The notes: generated by a model not told the origin, from the sequence alone. A stretch of DNA of 64,000 nt from Andalucia godoyi And28 (GCA_009859145.1 VRVR01000020.1:296452-360451); one strand, 5' to 3'. Shown: positions 23,232 through 35,392, numbered from the stretch's first letter. Made by a program: numbers and translations.

Positions 23232-24524
23232 TTAATGACCAAGACCATGCGACAGCAATGACTGACTGTCTGTCGGGGCTCGTGTGAAAAGAAAATGGGA
23301 GAATCCCGCTGCCAGCGCCAGCAATCCCGAGTTTATCAAGAAAATCTGCTCAATTCGCAGGTTGCCGGAATTGAAAAGAATGAACAGAACAAGCAGGTTG
23401 AGCGGCACTCGGAAGAGGTTCATCACCGTAGCTCGAACGTCTTCAGGAATGTACTTGGAACGGAGAGTTCCAATCGAGGGCCAGAAGACACCCACACACG
23501 CCTCAAAGGCAAAGAAGGAGAATCGGATCCAGGCAAGAGAGTGAGAAACAACTGGAATATACATGCACAGAGACGCAAGGAGAAAGACCCAGCGAACAAA
23601 ATTTTCCACGCCAAGCTTCGCCTCATCCGTCAAGTACGAGAACATCAAAGAACCGATCATGACGCACTGCATAAACACAGCAAAGACGTAGCCATATGGA
23701 ATGCGTGATTCGTAGCTGGACAGCGCAGGAGTCCAGGAAAAGACAAATGAATACATTGCGGCTTCAAACAAGGATTGCATTGCTCCCAGAGCAAAGATGC
23801 GAGGGTCGGATCGGAGGGCTTCAAACGCACCTTTGAAGGACTGCGAAGCCAATGCGCTTGCGTCTCCGTAATTCTCCGTCCACGTGCTATCAATGATGAC
23901 ATACGCAGCAACCAGCAACAAGATGGAAACATCAAATGGTGCCACAAAGCCAAACACGTCTGCCATGAGGTTGGCGACGATGCCGGAAGAAATGGCGACG
24001 ATGGAGTTTGCCGTTGTGGCGAGTCCAAACGTGGTTCCCAGCAGCGAGCTTTCAAAGCCTCGCTCACGATGGGCATGCACCATCCAGCTTTCAAAAACGG
24101 AAAACAACAATGAGGTCGCGACGCCCCCGAACAAGCGTCCGATCATCAACATCCAGAACGACGAAGAGTGCTTGGTCAAGCATGAAAGAATGTACAAAAT
24201 GCAATACAGCTTGGAGAAGCTCTTGCGCCCATATTTGTCTGCAAGTCCCCCAACAATGGTTCCGAACAAGAACGACGACCCGAAACCTGCGACAAACAGC
24301 GCGCCAATGTCCTTTCTGGAAAATCCGTAATGCTCATACAGTGCATACACATGCGATCCCTGCAGCCAATCAGCAGCACTTACGAGCACGAATACCACAA
24401 GGTAGTTTTTCTGGAACTTTTTGAACTCGAGCGTATGATCGTGCGATCCAGACTGCTGTTTCCAAGAACGATATTGAAACCCAGTGCAAATCACCAGCAG
24501 GAACAAAAACAGCGTTGCGTACAT
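23232..24524 (-). CDS. MFSD5: Molybdate-anion transporter MFSD5/MOT2 (DUF791)
   Basis: FQKNYLVVFVLVSAADWLQG, GGVATSLLFSVFESWMV, LFEAAMYSFVFSWTP and RATVMNLFRVPLN. Confidence 0.92.
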   Translation of the reverse strand: MYATLFLFLLVICTGFQYRSWKQQSGSHDHTLEFKKFQKNYLVVFVLVSAADWLQGSHVYALYEHYGFSRKDIGALFVAGFGSSFLFGTIVGGLADKYGRKSFSKLYCILYILSCLTKHSSSFWMLMIGRLFGGVATSLLFSVFESWMVHAHRERGFESSLLGTTFGLATTANSIVAISSGIVANLMADVFGFVAPFDVSILLLVAAYVIIDSTWTENYGDASALASQSFKGAFEALRSDPRIFALGAMQSLFEAAMYSFVFSWTPALSSYESRIPYGYVFAVFMQCVMIGSLMFSYLTDEAKLGVENFVRWVFLLASLCMYIPVVSHSLAWIRFSFFAFEACVGVFWPSIGTLRSKYIPEDVRATVMNLFRVPLNLLVLFILFNSGNLRIEQIFLINSGLLALAAGFSHFLFTRAPTDSQSLLSHGLGH

Positions 24525-24547
24525 GCTCTTTATTTCTCCTCTCTGTC

Positions 24548-24587
<40 letters not shown>

Positions 24588-24590
24588 CCC

Positions 24591-24654
24591 AACTCACCAA
24601 CTCACCAACTCACCAACTCACCAACTCACCAACTCACCAACTCACCAACTCACC
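24591..24654. repeat. 8-bp tandem repeat (AACTCACC)8
   Basis: Eight perfect copies about 70 nt upstream of the MFSD5 ATG. Confidence 0.95.
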
Positions 24655-25387
24655 GTTCTTCTGGTGAAATTGCTCAAGATAAATAGATAGAAATAAAAAG
24701 AGAAACGCCCGATGACGTTCTGCATAAAAATCCTCCAAACGAAGCGGATGACAGTCAGGCAAAATCAGTTCCGGGAATTGCCCCAGACACTCGTTCGCCA
24801 ACATCCAGCAACCACGCAGCCAATTCACCACGCAGATTTCAAGAAGCAACCCTAGCTGTGTCCATGCTTTCTTTATATGCAAACACCTATTATTGTTAAA
24901 CCCCCTTTTGCGGTGGGAAACGAACCCTAAATAGCGCCGGTCCTTTTTGCCAGGTATTGAAACGCCCTCCCAACAAGGCGGCGAAGGCCTCCCTTTGGCA
25001 GTTTGTTTCCCTACGTCTCTCCCTCTCTCTCTCTTTGGGGGAAAAAAAACCCTCCGCAGAACACAGCGCATTTCTTCTGTCATTATACTTATCTGTTCGA
25101 TTTCATTTTCATATTTTTTAATTTATTAATTATTTTTTTAAAATAATAATAATAAATTGACTCTTTTTGATTAGCAAAGACGGAGAGGAGATTTAGTTTC
25201 TGTTGTTTTTCCTCCCAACGAAAAGTGTCATTGTTGCGTTAATTATTTTTTAATTACGTTTTGGGCTGTACAGTTTAATTTTCCAGACGCTTTACTGTCA
25301 CTCGGACACGCGCTGACTCTCGCACTGCTGTGTCTGTTTTGGACAGCGATCATAGAGAGAAGGAAGACGTAGAAGGATCAAGCAAGA

Positions 25388-28300
25388 ATGTCAGGCCGGA
25401 AAGGATCAAAATCATCATCGTCAAAGTCGGGGAGTAGTGTATCGACGATGCATTCCGTGTATGGATCATCCTCTGCTTCATCCGGCGTTCCTCGGTCGTC
25501 GTCGTCTACCAACCGACGATCTCAGTCTTCGCTGCGCAGAGATGTGGAGTCGATTGCAACTCCAAGACCGATTGCGACGTATGGGTTTCGGACTGCGGCA
25601 CCCTCTGGACTCCGGGCAGTGCCTGTGCGATCCGGGAAGTCGAGCGCAACCCTCTTTGAAACGACATCGTCTTTGAAGAATAGCTCGGAATCTGGAGCCA
25701 AGAAATCAAAAAAGAAGAAGGCGGCTTCATCAACTACTGGAACAGGAGCTGGAGCTGGGGGAGGAAAGAAAAAGCTCGTGGAGCACTATGTCTCGGCGGA
25801 CGAGTACGAAGATGCAGATGCAGATGGCGATCCAGATGCAGATGAAATTGCAATGCCGAATTCAGCAAGGCCGCGGTTGGAGTCGTCCACTGCTGCCAGA
25901 AGCTCCCGGTCTCGGATGGGATTTCAGGATAATTCTGCGCAAATGGAGTTCAAGTCGCTGAGCTCAGGGAGGAATCAAGGTGCTTCTCCCTCTCCTGTTC
26001 CGTTTCCCGTGGGCTCAAGATCCTCTTCACGACAGATGGCTCGTAATACATCCAGAACTGCATCTCCTTATTTCGGGGGACGCCTATCCTCGCTTCGATT
26101 CAACGACGAAGATGAAGAGGATGGCCTGCCGAAGCAACGTCGAAAGAGAAACGACGACGTCATTGATGATAACGTGATGAATGGTCATGGAGAATTTACC
26201 GATAATGACGGAGACGAGGAAGAGGATGATGAGGAGGGCTCCGAAGAGCCTGCCGACGACAGTTTCGCAGCGGCAAGAAATCGATCCGATGATGATGCAA
26301 GAGTGTCGAGTTCTGGCGGCGAAGAGTTTATCGACGATGCTGTCATCTCTTCCAGAAGGATCAGTTCGTCGAAGCCTTCGTCAGAGATGCGCTCCAGAGG
26401 AGGGGGAGCAGCGGCCGCCGTGAGAGAGCGACCATCTTCGGAAAAGCTTCCACCTATTGCTGCGCAGCGCTCGAGCTCTTCGGAAAAGTCTCGCCAAAGA
26501 CCGCAATCAGTGTCTCTTGTTACTGCGGAAGATCTGGATCGCCGCCTGTCCGAGTTTATGTTGATGCAGCAGCAGATGCACGACCAGAAGGAAACATTGC
26601 TTCGGCAGCAGTTGTCGCAACAACAGCAACAAATGGAGGTCCAAGCAAAGCAGCACCAACATCCACAATTGCAGTCGCAGTCACAGCCGCAGTCACAGCC
26701 GCAGTCAGAACAGCAGAGCAGACAGCAGATACCTGCCAGTGAGTTATCGGATCGTCAACAGCAGCAGCGACAGGCGGCGTCAAACGGCCCTGAGCAATCA
26801 GCTCAAGCGTATCGTACGAATGCCGTGCAAGCGCAGATGGCGAGTTCCCCGACAACCCACCAGTCTCAACAACACATGGTCGGTTCCGCAAACTATGGCG
26901 AGCCCCGTCCTTCTCAGCTGAACAACGAGCTGGAGCGGCAGAGGCGCCTGCTTGCTGCGAAGGCCAATGAAGCGGATCAATTGCGCTCCGAGCTGTCGGA
27001 GATTTCTACACTGCTTTCAAACACATTTTCAACCCTTCAAGAGAAAACCAAGACGGTGGACGAGAAGGAAAGAGTGCTGGATTCCTTGAAAGTCAAGTTG
27101 CACGAGTTGGAAACGAACTCCGCGACTCTTCAGCGGCGATTGTCTGATCGTGAAGCGGAACTGCAGGAACGCGTCGCATTTTTCGATCGAATCCTCAAGG
27201 AGCGACAGAAGGAACTGGAAGACATGCTCGATGAGCGACGGAAAGAATTGAAGACGATCAAGGAGCGAGAGCAGCTGTGCCGTGAGTACGAGGAAAAATT
27301 GGAGAATCGTGAACGTGACTTGCTTGCCCGTGAAAAGAAGTTTACCGTCTCTGTGGACGAGCAAAGATCTCAGCTGTCTGATTTGGAAGCCGTAGTCGGC
27401 AGACGGAATGACGAGCTGTCCAAGATCAAGGCCGATATTGAGCACCTGGTGAAAGTGCGAGACGATCTTTCTGCGCAAGGAAAGAACTTTGAAAACGCGG
27501 TGCATCAATTTGAAGATCGCATTGGTCTTGCACAAAAGACCCACGTGGAACAGGAAAAGCAAATCGTTGCCTCAGTGCTCCGACGACGCCTGATTGACGT
27601 CGCGATTGTCGAGGAAATTCATGAGGAGTTCCGTGCTTTGGAGGCTCGTGAATTCCTCATTCAGCAGAAGGAGGAGCGCCTGGAGAGAATGTACGAGGTG
27701 GTTCAGACGCAAGCAACGCGCAACGCGGAGGCCACTGCAAAAATACGTGACGCCCAAAATGTAATCAAGAAGCAGCGTGATTTGTTACTCACAAAGCAGG
27801 AGCGCTTGCGACTGGCGATGGTTTCGAGGAAAACGGAGCTCATCACACTGGAGGAGGAATGCCGGAAGTATCGCAAGGAAGTTGACGAGCTGAAGATCGT
27901 TTCTGCCCAGAAGGAATCCGTCGTGAAGGAGCTTGGATCCATGGACGAAGCGCTGCGGTTGAAGCGGAGAGAGCTCGAGGCATTGCAGGAAATTGAACGA
28001 GACACTTATCAGCAGCTGGAGCGGCACTCAAAGTCATTCCGAGAAGAGGTGGAATCAAAGGAGAAAGAGACGGACGAGCGGCTGCTGCGTCGCAGAACTG
28101 ATTTGAAGAACACTGAAGATGCCCTTTCTGCTCGGAGAAAAGAACTGACGGCTCTGGAAAAGATGATCTTGGAACGGGAACAGCGATTGCACGGGATTGA
28201 AGCGATTTCCAATGGCTCCATGTCCCCACGGCCGTCGATGCGCACGCCCTCGACTCCTGGATCCTCCGCGCCTCAAACGATGCTTTCGAGTTATGCAAGT

Positions 28301-28579
28301 GGTTCCGGGAATTCTTCACAGCCCCAGCCTCCAACAACGCCCAACGGTGGTTCTTTCCGAAAATCCGTGAAGTTTAACGAGTCTGTCGCTTCTCCTGCAC
28401 CAGCGTCATCCGCAGCGTCTCCTGCTCCACGCCCTGTTGCAAGATCTTCAAACAGAACTTCTTCTTCGTCGTCGGCGTCCGACTTTGATATTGACGACGG
28501 ATTGTCGGATCTGGCGAACGAGCTAGACGCCCTCATGATGCCTCCTCCGCCTTCAGAATATCGCAAGACCACTGCCTAG
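25388..28579 (+). CDS. Large protein with disordered S/R-rich N-terminus and a long coiled-coil (about 450 aa)
   Basis: 1063-aa ORF with E/K/R/Q heptad-rich C-terminal half. No specific family recognised. Confidence 0.75.
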   Translation: MSGRKGSKSSSSKSGSSVSTMHSVYGSSSASSGVPRSSSSTNRRSQSSLRRDVESIATPRPIATYGFRTAAPSGLRAVPVRSGKSSATLFETTSSLKNSSESGAKKSKKKKAASSTTGTGAGAGGGKKKLVEHYVSADEYEDADADGDPDADEIAMPNSARPRLESSTAARSSRSRMGFQDNSAQMEFKSLSSGRNQGASPSPVPFPVGSRSSSRQMARNTSRTASPYFGGRLSSLRFNDEDEEDGLPKQRRKRNDDVIDDNVMNGHGEFTDNDGDEEEDDEEGSEEPADDSFAAARNRSDDDARVSSSGGEEFIDDAVISSRRISSSKPSSEMRSRGGGAAAAVRERPSSEKLPPIAAQRSSSSEKSRQRPQSVSLVTAEDLDRRLSEFMLMQQQMHDQKETLLRQQLSQQQQQMEVQAKQHQHPQLQSQSQPQSQPQSEQQSRQQIPASELSDRQQQQRQAASNGPEQSAQAYRTNAVQAQMASSPTTHQSQQHMVGSANYGEPRPSQLNNELERQRRLLAAKANEADQLRSELSEISTLLSNTFSTLQEKTKTVDEKERVLDSLKVKLHELETNSATLQRRLSDREAELQERVAFFDRILKERQKELEDMLDERRKELKTIKEREQLCREYEEKLENRERDLLAREKKFTVSVDEQRSQLSDLEAVVGRRNDELSKIKADIEHLVKVRDDLSAQGKNFENAVHQFEDRIGLAQKTHVEQEKQIVASVLRRRLIDVAIVEEIHEEFRALEAREFLIQQKEERLERMYEVVQTQATRNAEATAKIRDAQNVIKKQRDLLLTKQERLRLAMVSRKTELITLEEECRKYRKEVDELKIVSAQKESVVKELGSMDEALRLKRRELEALQEIERDTYQQLERHSKSFREEVESKEKETDERLLRRRTDLKNTEDALSARRKELTALEKMILEREQRLHGIEAISNGSMSPRPSMRTPSTPGSSAPQTMLSSYASGSGNSSQPQPPTTPNGGSFRKSVKFNESVASPAPASSAASPAPRPVARSSNRTSSSSSASDFDIDDGLSDLANELDALMMPPPPSEYRKTTA

Positions 28580-28896
28580 TTTCCGCATGCATTGACCTCG
28601 CAGAATAAAAAGAATCCATTTTTCATTTTTTATTTGTTTATTATTTTAATTCAAGTTAATTTAAGGAATTAATGAATTAATGAATTAATGAATTAATGAA
28701 CCAGGAAAACAGTGAACAGTGCTTCCCAAATGTGATGTCTTGCGATGCTCTCTTTTTTATTTTTTCTTTTTTATGGAACAATTACATGAACAAATGCGTG
28801 TACTGTATTTCTGACCGAGTTGTTTATTATTATTATATAAAGACCCTTTTCGCAAATTGGACGTGTGCGTAACGTAAAGAGACGAGGGAACAGCGA

Positions 28897-31557
28897 TTAC
28901 ACCGCGCTTGCCGCTTCGGTCTCCGTTACCGGGATTGCTAATCGACTGCTTACCGCAGCACCATTCAGACTGTGTGTTACGCTGTTGCTGCGAGACGAAG
29001 CAGACACAGGAGGAACAGGCGGAAATGCTGAAGGTGGAGCCTTTTGCATGAACTTCACAAATGGTTCCATCACACGAACAGGTGGAGCAACATAGGCTAC
29101 TTGAAGGAAGTCGGGATCTAAAATGTCATCCGTCTGCGTCAAGGCATCCGTGTTCAGGGATGCGAATGCACCACGTTTCCCGAGATTCGAATACCACCCA
29201 AGCAAGATGATTACTGTTATCAAAAGAACAACAAGCATGATGGCGAACGGTCCTTGAACTCCTTTGATCGCGAAGAAGTACATCATGTAGCTCTCAAATA
29301 CAATCATGGCAGCGAAAACGAAACGACAGAGCAGCAGCAACTTCTCCCGATAGATGCGATGAGACACCGAGAGAGATCCTGATTCAGACGGGGGGTGGAC
29401 CGTAAGCAAATTGTACTGGTCGACAAAATACTTGCAGACGAGGAAGAACCACCCGACCAGAGCGATCAGCGGCGTTAGAAGCGCATAGGTAAGTGAAATG
29501 GCGACGATAGAAACCATGAAAGGAGTGTGGACTTGGTACTCAAAAGGGGACATTCGATCCAGAATTCTCTCTTCTTCGCCGCTAATCGGTTTCTTCGTTG
29601 TCACTGCTCGATAAAACGTTTCGCCGACCCGCAGCATGTCAATGGCATTTCCAAGGAAGGACACCTGGATGACGTACGCCAAGAAGAACGATCCTGCTTT
29701 TGGGAGGAAAACGTTGTCCAGGGTGTCATTCCAGTTGTTCGTGGATTCGAACGTCCGAATGGCATCGACCAAAGTCAGGGAAATCATTGGTAGAATCAGA
29801 GACGAGAGCAAGAAGTACACATAATTTCGAGCGTAGACGTTGTACATCACCGTGGAATGCAGACGATGGCCCTCAAGATTCGTCAGAAACTCAATAATAA
29901 TCGGCAACACTAGAATGACAATCAGCAGAAGGAGAGACGGGAGAAACGTGTACGCAAAACTGGGCACAACCGATGCACCGCTCACGAAGCCGACGACCGA
30001 CTGGACAACAGCAAGAGGCGTCGAAAAGAAAAACAATATGGTGATCAAAACGGTCTGCACTGCAGCGATACGACAAAGCTTTTCATGACGATCAATATTC
30101 AAGTTCTGCCACAGGACATCAGACGGCTCAGGCGCCGGACGAACGCTCAAGGAGCCGTGCTCGAGAACGTTCACGTGCTGATACAAAGCACTGCTCGCAT
30201 ACTCTGCTATTTCCAGAGAGCGAAACACAATGAAGCCAATATTCGTGCACTCTGGATTGGACTGGTAGTACTCTTGCCCGGCTTTGAGTTCATCATACGC
30301 TCTGCGCATTCGTCTCTCATAAATCTTGATAGCATCGACTTTCCGGAAGAATGGCGGCAACGATGTCAGCATCCAGATCTTGGGCCGTACATGTTCCTCG
30401 GACCGTTGCCAATCTCCATTCGCAACCACCCACTTTTCTCGCAGTGTCCGCAGCTTCTTATCGGCTTTCACCAGCTTGCGAGTGTCGTGTGCAAGCCGTG
30501 CGGAAACGATGTCTGCTGCAGCAATTGGCCGGTACGTTGATGCTTTCCTGAGCGATCCTTCATTCAAGATGTGCAGAACAAAGGAGGCAAGCTCCTCGTC
30601 GGATGTGACGGTTGTAGGGATTTTCAGCAGCATGATGGCGTACTTTGAAATTCGCCCTGTCAGCTGCGGAGCAGCCGGCACTCTTTCCGCGTGATCGTGC
30701 TCCGGCTCGGAATCGGCTACTGGTTTTGCGTAGTCCTCCATTTCCTCTCCATAATCCGAATTCACTGGTCCTGAGAGTGCTGTTGGTGTCTGGAAGAAGA
30801 GCGATTCCGAGGATCGAAAGTCCACTTGACCACCCGTGAGCGATGTTGTGGCCTCGTGCCTTTGAAAATACGCGACGCAGCAAAACCCAGCGAGAGTAAA
30901 CAGCACTGCCAACAGACAATGGATCCACAGAATGTCCTTGTTCTTCATTACCTGGTCAATTGTCGTGGTCATGTAGACCGATTTTTGAGTGTCGGCATCC
31001 GTTTCCGCTTGATCAGAACCGTCCGCGGTGACGTGAAGCGGGAGCACAACCACGAGCGAAATAAGAGCTACAAAACTCATGAAGCCGACCAATGCCCGCT
31101 GCAAGACAGTGTAGACCGCTGCGTCATGGCCCGCAAGACGAAGAACATCGTCGACAGACGCGATCCTGAAGAACCCTCGCAGCGAGTCCACTGATTCGCG
31201 GTGAAGAATAGGAACACCAAAAATACGAAGAGTAGGCTGCGTCGCAGAGCGGGTCAGGCGAGTAGAGGACACCGAATGCGCTAGTTTGGCCTTTTCATCA
31301 TCATTGTGTCTGTGGTTGGCATTGTGATTACCGGGCGACAGGTTTTCCACGCCATCGTCAATCGAACTGTCATCCATGCCAGATGCATTCATTGCATCGA
31401 GCTCTATTTGAGATCCAACTGAAGGCAGAAACCGCAGAAAATTCTTGATGACACGCTTGCGGTTTTTCACAATGACCCAAAAAGCAATGCAGCAAAGCAC
31501 AAAGCACACAATGTTGATTGCAAACACAGTCAGCAAACTCACATCCAACTCGGACAT
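28897..31557 (-). CDS. CSC1/OSCA/TMEM63 family calcium-permeable stress-gated channel
   Basis: N-terminal TM, GHDAAVYTVLQR, IGFIVF, RPAPEPSDVLWQNL, FFSTPLAVV, EGHRLHS and multiple TM helices. Confidence 0.9.
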   Translation of the reverse strand: MSELDVSLLTVFAINIVCFVLCCIAFWVIVKNRKRVIKNFLRFLPSVGSQIELDAMNASGMDDSSIDDGVENLSPGNHNANHRHNDDEKAKLAHSVSSTRLTRSATQPTLRIFGVPILHRESVDSLRGFFRIASVDDVLRLAGHDAAVYTVLQRALVGFMSFVALISLVVVLPLHVTADGSDQAETDADTQKSVYMTTTIDQVMKNKDILWIHCLLAVLFTLAGFCCVAYFQRHEATTSLTGGQVDFRSSESLFFQTPTALSGPVNSDYGEEMEDYAKPVADSEPEHDHAERVPAAPQLTGRISKYAIMLLKIPTTVTSDEELASFVLHILNEGSLRKASTYRPIAAADIVSARLAHDTRKLVKADKKLRTLREKWVVANGDWQRSEEHVRPKIWMLTSLPPFFRKVDAIKIYERRMRRAYDELKAGQEYYQSNPECTNIGFIVFRSLEIAEYASSALYQHVNVLEHGSLSVRPAPEPSDVLWQNLNIDRHEKLCRIAAVQTVLITILFFFSTPLAVVQSVVGFVSGASVVPSFAYTFLPSLLLLIVILVLPIIIEFLTNLEGHRLHSTVMYNVYARNYVYFLLSSLILPMISLTLVDAIRTFESTNNWNDTLDNVFLPKAGSFFLAYVIQVSFLGNAIDMLRVGETFYRAVTTKKPISGEEERILDRMSPFEYQVHTPFMVSIVAISLTYALLTPLIALVGWFFLVCKYFVDQYNLLTVHPPSESGSLSVSHRIYREKLLLLCRFVFAAMIVFESYMMYFFAIKGVQGPFAIMLVVLLITVIILLGWYSNLGKRGAFASLNTDALTQTDDILDPDFLQVAYVAPPVRVMEPFVKFMQKAPPSAFPPVPPVSASSRSNSVTHSLNGAAVSSRLAIPVTETEAASAV

Positions 31558-31645
31558 TCCTGACTTTCTCTAAGAACTCCTAATTTCCACGGAGTGATCT
31601 ATCCTATGTACAAAAACGACTAACCAGCAACAACAACAACAACAA

Positions 31646-31687
<42 letters not shown>

Positions 31688-32009
31688 CAACGACAACAAC
31701 AACAAAGAAAGAAAAACAAAATAACAAAAAACTAGTTGATAGATAAATATAAATAAATAAATAAATAAATAAATAACAGAACGGTGCGCGAGCTCTGTCC
31801 AACTGTCTGCTGTCACGATTGCACTACGGTTTTCTTTTTTCCCTCACGCATACACGAGCGCACCATGCGTTACACAAAGCGGAGTCGAGGGAAGTCGACC
31901 ACTGCGGGAAGCATTTGCTGCGGATTGCCCAGCTGTGCTTGCGAAGAAAAGTGGACGATGTGAACGGTTTCATTTCTGTCGGGCGTCGGATTGACTGAGT
32001 GGGTACGGT

Positions 32010-35000
32010 ATGTTGGGGCACGTAAGTGAATTGGTGAAAAGGAGAGGCCTGCTGTCTCCCTTTGTTACTGACCAACCACAATGCATCGTGAATGTGACGC
32101 TTCGTCCTCATCAGGTTTGGTTTCTTCAATCATTCAATGATTCATTCATTGTTATTCTTTCTGTTCAGAGTCCGATCGTGTCCTTCTTCTTTTCCACTTT
32201 TACCCTGAATGATGCACTCACGCTGCTCCAAATCTGGTGGTTTGGACGTGCCAGATCGAAGGTATTGATTTTTTAATGAGAATGCACGCGCTCTCGTCGC
32301 ATTCTCTGCTTGCAGATGACATGGGACTTGGGAAAACGATCCAGATTCTTGGGTTTTTGTCGCTGCTCGTATCAGAAGACCCGGATCTGCGGTTTTGTAT
32401 GTGTGTTTGCTCTTTTTCTTCTTATGGCTTTCAACGCGTGTGTGCGCATATATGTGTTTATATGTCGATAGCCAGTTTTGTGTCCTTCATATGCTTACGA
32501 GGGGGAGAGAGGGAGAGAGGTGTTTTGATGAAGCGACAGTGATCCTGTGTCCTTTATCAACGATACCGCAGTGGGTCGAGGAGATTACGACCCGGATGCC
32601 ATTGCTGCATCCGCTTGCATATGTTGGTGGCCAACAGGAACGCTCGCAACTGCAGGATGATTTCCAGTACAAGAACTGTGTGATTACACACTATGACTTG
32701 TTTTTGAACGATTTTGACGTGCTGAAAAGATGGCGTTGGCATGTCTGTGTGGTTGATGAAGCCCATCGCCTCAAGAACTCCGAGTCGGTTCTGTACAACG
32801 CCTTGAAGTCCTCTGAAATGCGCATCGATGAGTTTGTGTTGGCCACTGGAACGCCAATGCAGAACAATACTCGGGAGCTATGGAGTATCCTTCATTTCCT
32901 GGATCCGGTCCTTTTCTCGTCTTTGGATGACTTCCAGCATCTCTCCTTGGAGCAGATGCGGGATTGCCTGGTTGCGTTGTCCATTCGGCGGACAAAGAGT
33001 GTTCTTGCGGCAGAACTGCCGTCAAAGAAGGAGTATCTCATTGCTGTGCCTCTCTCTCCCACTCAAAAGGCGTTGTATCGATCGATTCTTCTGAAGTTTC
33101 CTATTGATCCTTCCGTGAAGTTGGCCACTGGACATTTGCAGAATAGTATGCTACCTCGTAGCCTTTTTCTTTCTTTTTTTGGCACTTCCGTCGTCGTTTT
33201 CCTGTCTTCCCGATATTTCATCGTGTTTATTTTCATGTGCATGCTAATATTTATTTCCACTCCCCCGCTTCGTACTTGTGAGGGGTTTTTTTTTGTTTGC
33301 TGTGCAAGTTACTATGCAATTGAGAAAATGTGCTGATCATCCGTATTTGTTCCCGGGAGTTGAGCCTGAGCCTTTTGAATGCGGCGAGCATCTTGTTTCT
33401 GTCGCTGGGAAAATGATGGCGTTGGACGCGGTACTCCGAGAGGTGAAAATGCAAGGATCCAAAGTGCTTGTCTTCTCGCAATTCACCTCCATGCTGGACA
33501 TCATCCAAGATTACTTGACCATGAGGCAATGGAACTGCGAACGTCTCGACGGTTCCTTACGCGGGGAGGACAGATTTGGTGCTATCGCGTCCTTCAAACG
33601 CGATTCCTCCTCTTTTGTGTTCCTGATTTCCACACGAGCAGGCGGCCTTGGTTTGAATTTGACAGCAGCAGATACTGTTGTATTTTATGATAATGATTGG
33701 AATCCATATGCGGATCTGCAGGCGGAGGAGCGGGTATACCGCATTGGACAATCGAAAGACGTGAAGGTGGTCCGAATTGTTTCCAAAGACACGGTGGACG
33801 AACTGATTTACAAGCGAGCCGCGAAGAAGAAAGCTCTGTCACGGGAAATAGTTCGAGAAACGACAATCGTTGGGGAGTTGGGTGATGCATATGATTCCAC
33901 CCTGATGGGCGACATGAAGGATTTTATCCTTTATGGGGCGTCGCGCCTGTTTGGGGCGAACGAGCCCTCGGAGGACGCAGACTTCACGCAGTTTTCAGCA
34001 ACCATTACGCACACGGTGCGCGACTTATTCTCAGGTGTTCTCCCCTCTGCTTTGCCAGCCCAGTCGGAAACGTTGGTGCCGGAGTCCGTTTATGTTCACG
34101 ATGGCAAAGACTACAGAGCAGACGAAACATCCTACAAATGTGCGATTAGCCAACCTGCTTCCGCATCGGTATCGTCTACTAGGACGCGGACGCTGCGAAA
34201 TCTTGATGAAGAGGAGATCCGGGAGGAGTCTCCACATGGTCATGCTGCCAAACGCCGCCGTCCGTATCAGGATATTCTAGCGAGTCTACGGCTGAAGCAC
34301 AACTACACTTCGCACCGTCTCGCTCCAGATAGCGTGCAGGCGCTGGACGAGCAGGTCCTGTTTTCTGATGTTCGTCTCAATTTCGTTGTTGGTGACGTCG
34401 TGCATCCTGAGCGTCTATTGACGATGTCTGCATCCGCCGGTACACAGTCCACTTTCATCATTTGCCAGTATGCTTCCCGCCACCTCATCTTATATATTCC
34501 ATGTTTTACATTTATTAATTTATATGTTTTTCCTCCCCCTGCTTCTTATGTTGGTGTTTTTTTTTTGTTGCATGGATGTCGCCATTGTTAAAATGTCGCC
34601 TCGCTTAGTTCTGTTGATAATTCTGGCGTGTGGGGAAAGGGCGGCGTTTTTGATGCTTTAGGCTCTCGTTTTCCGGCTGTCCCTCAGTATTACGAAACCG
34701 CGTACAAGTGTCGAGACATCAAATTAGGCGACGTACACCTTATCCCGATGGAGGTTTCTGGATCTCTTCAAAAATTCTATGTTGCGCTTTACATTTGCAT
34801 GCACTTCAATCGGACGCAGCAGTCCCGGTCGGACGTCGATCCATTATTGTGGAGTTCGTGTTTGGAAATTGTTGCAGGATCCGAGGAAGTTCGTCTGCTC
34901 AGCAACCCGTCGTTCCACTTTCCTCGAGCGACGCTCACGCGTGATCACTGGTACTCTTGTGAGAGGATTTTGAAGAAGGCTCTCGCTCCTCGCTATCTCT

Positions 35001-35392
35001 GTTTTGTGTATTATTTTCCAAAGAGACCAAAATCCGGAGATCCTTCTGGAGCAATGTCTGGAGCTGCGTCCGGGATAGACACGCGATCCGTGGACATTCT
35101 TGGTGGTTTGCAGTTTTATCTTTGTACACCGTCGATGTCTGAGAGAGACAGCATTGAACTGGCAATCACGGAATTGGGCGGCAAGTGCGTCTCATCAGCA
35201 GATTTAAAGGATGTGATCGTTCTGGCTGATGCAGAATGCGTCGAGGATGACGAATTCGTGGCTTTCCAAGAGCAGCATCCATCCACAGAAATCTACTCTA
35301 CAAAGATTTTATCATATGCAAGGATGCTGCGAAGCCCCTTGTTGAAAGCCAGCATTCCAAAGTCGCTGCTCATCGCGAGTGGTCGTGCTTAA
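32010..35392 (+). CDS. CHD1L: CHD1L/ALC1-type SNF2 chromatin remodeller with macro domain and C-terminal BRCT-like domain (five exons)
   Basis: LRPHQ/IEG, LADDMGLGKT, DEAHRLKN, QLRKCADHPYLF and QAEERVYRIGQ. Macro segment CHSVDNSGVWGKGGVFDAL is reconstituted across the intron at about 34468-34607. Approximate exons: 32010-32114, 32258-32396, 32540-33146, 33309-34467, 34608-35392. Confidence 0.85.
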
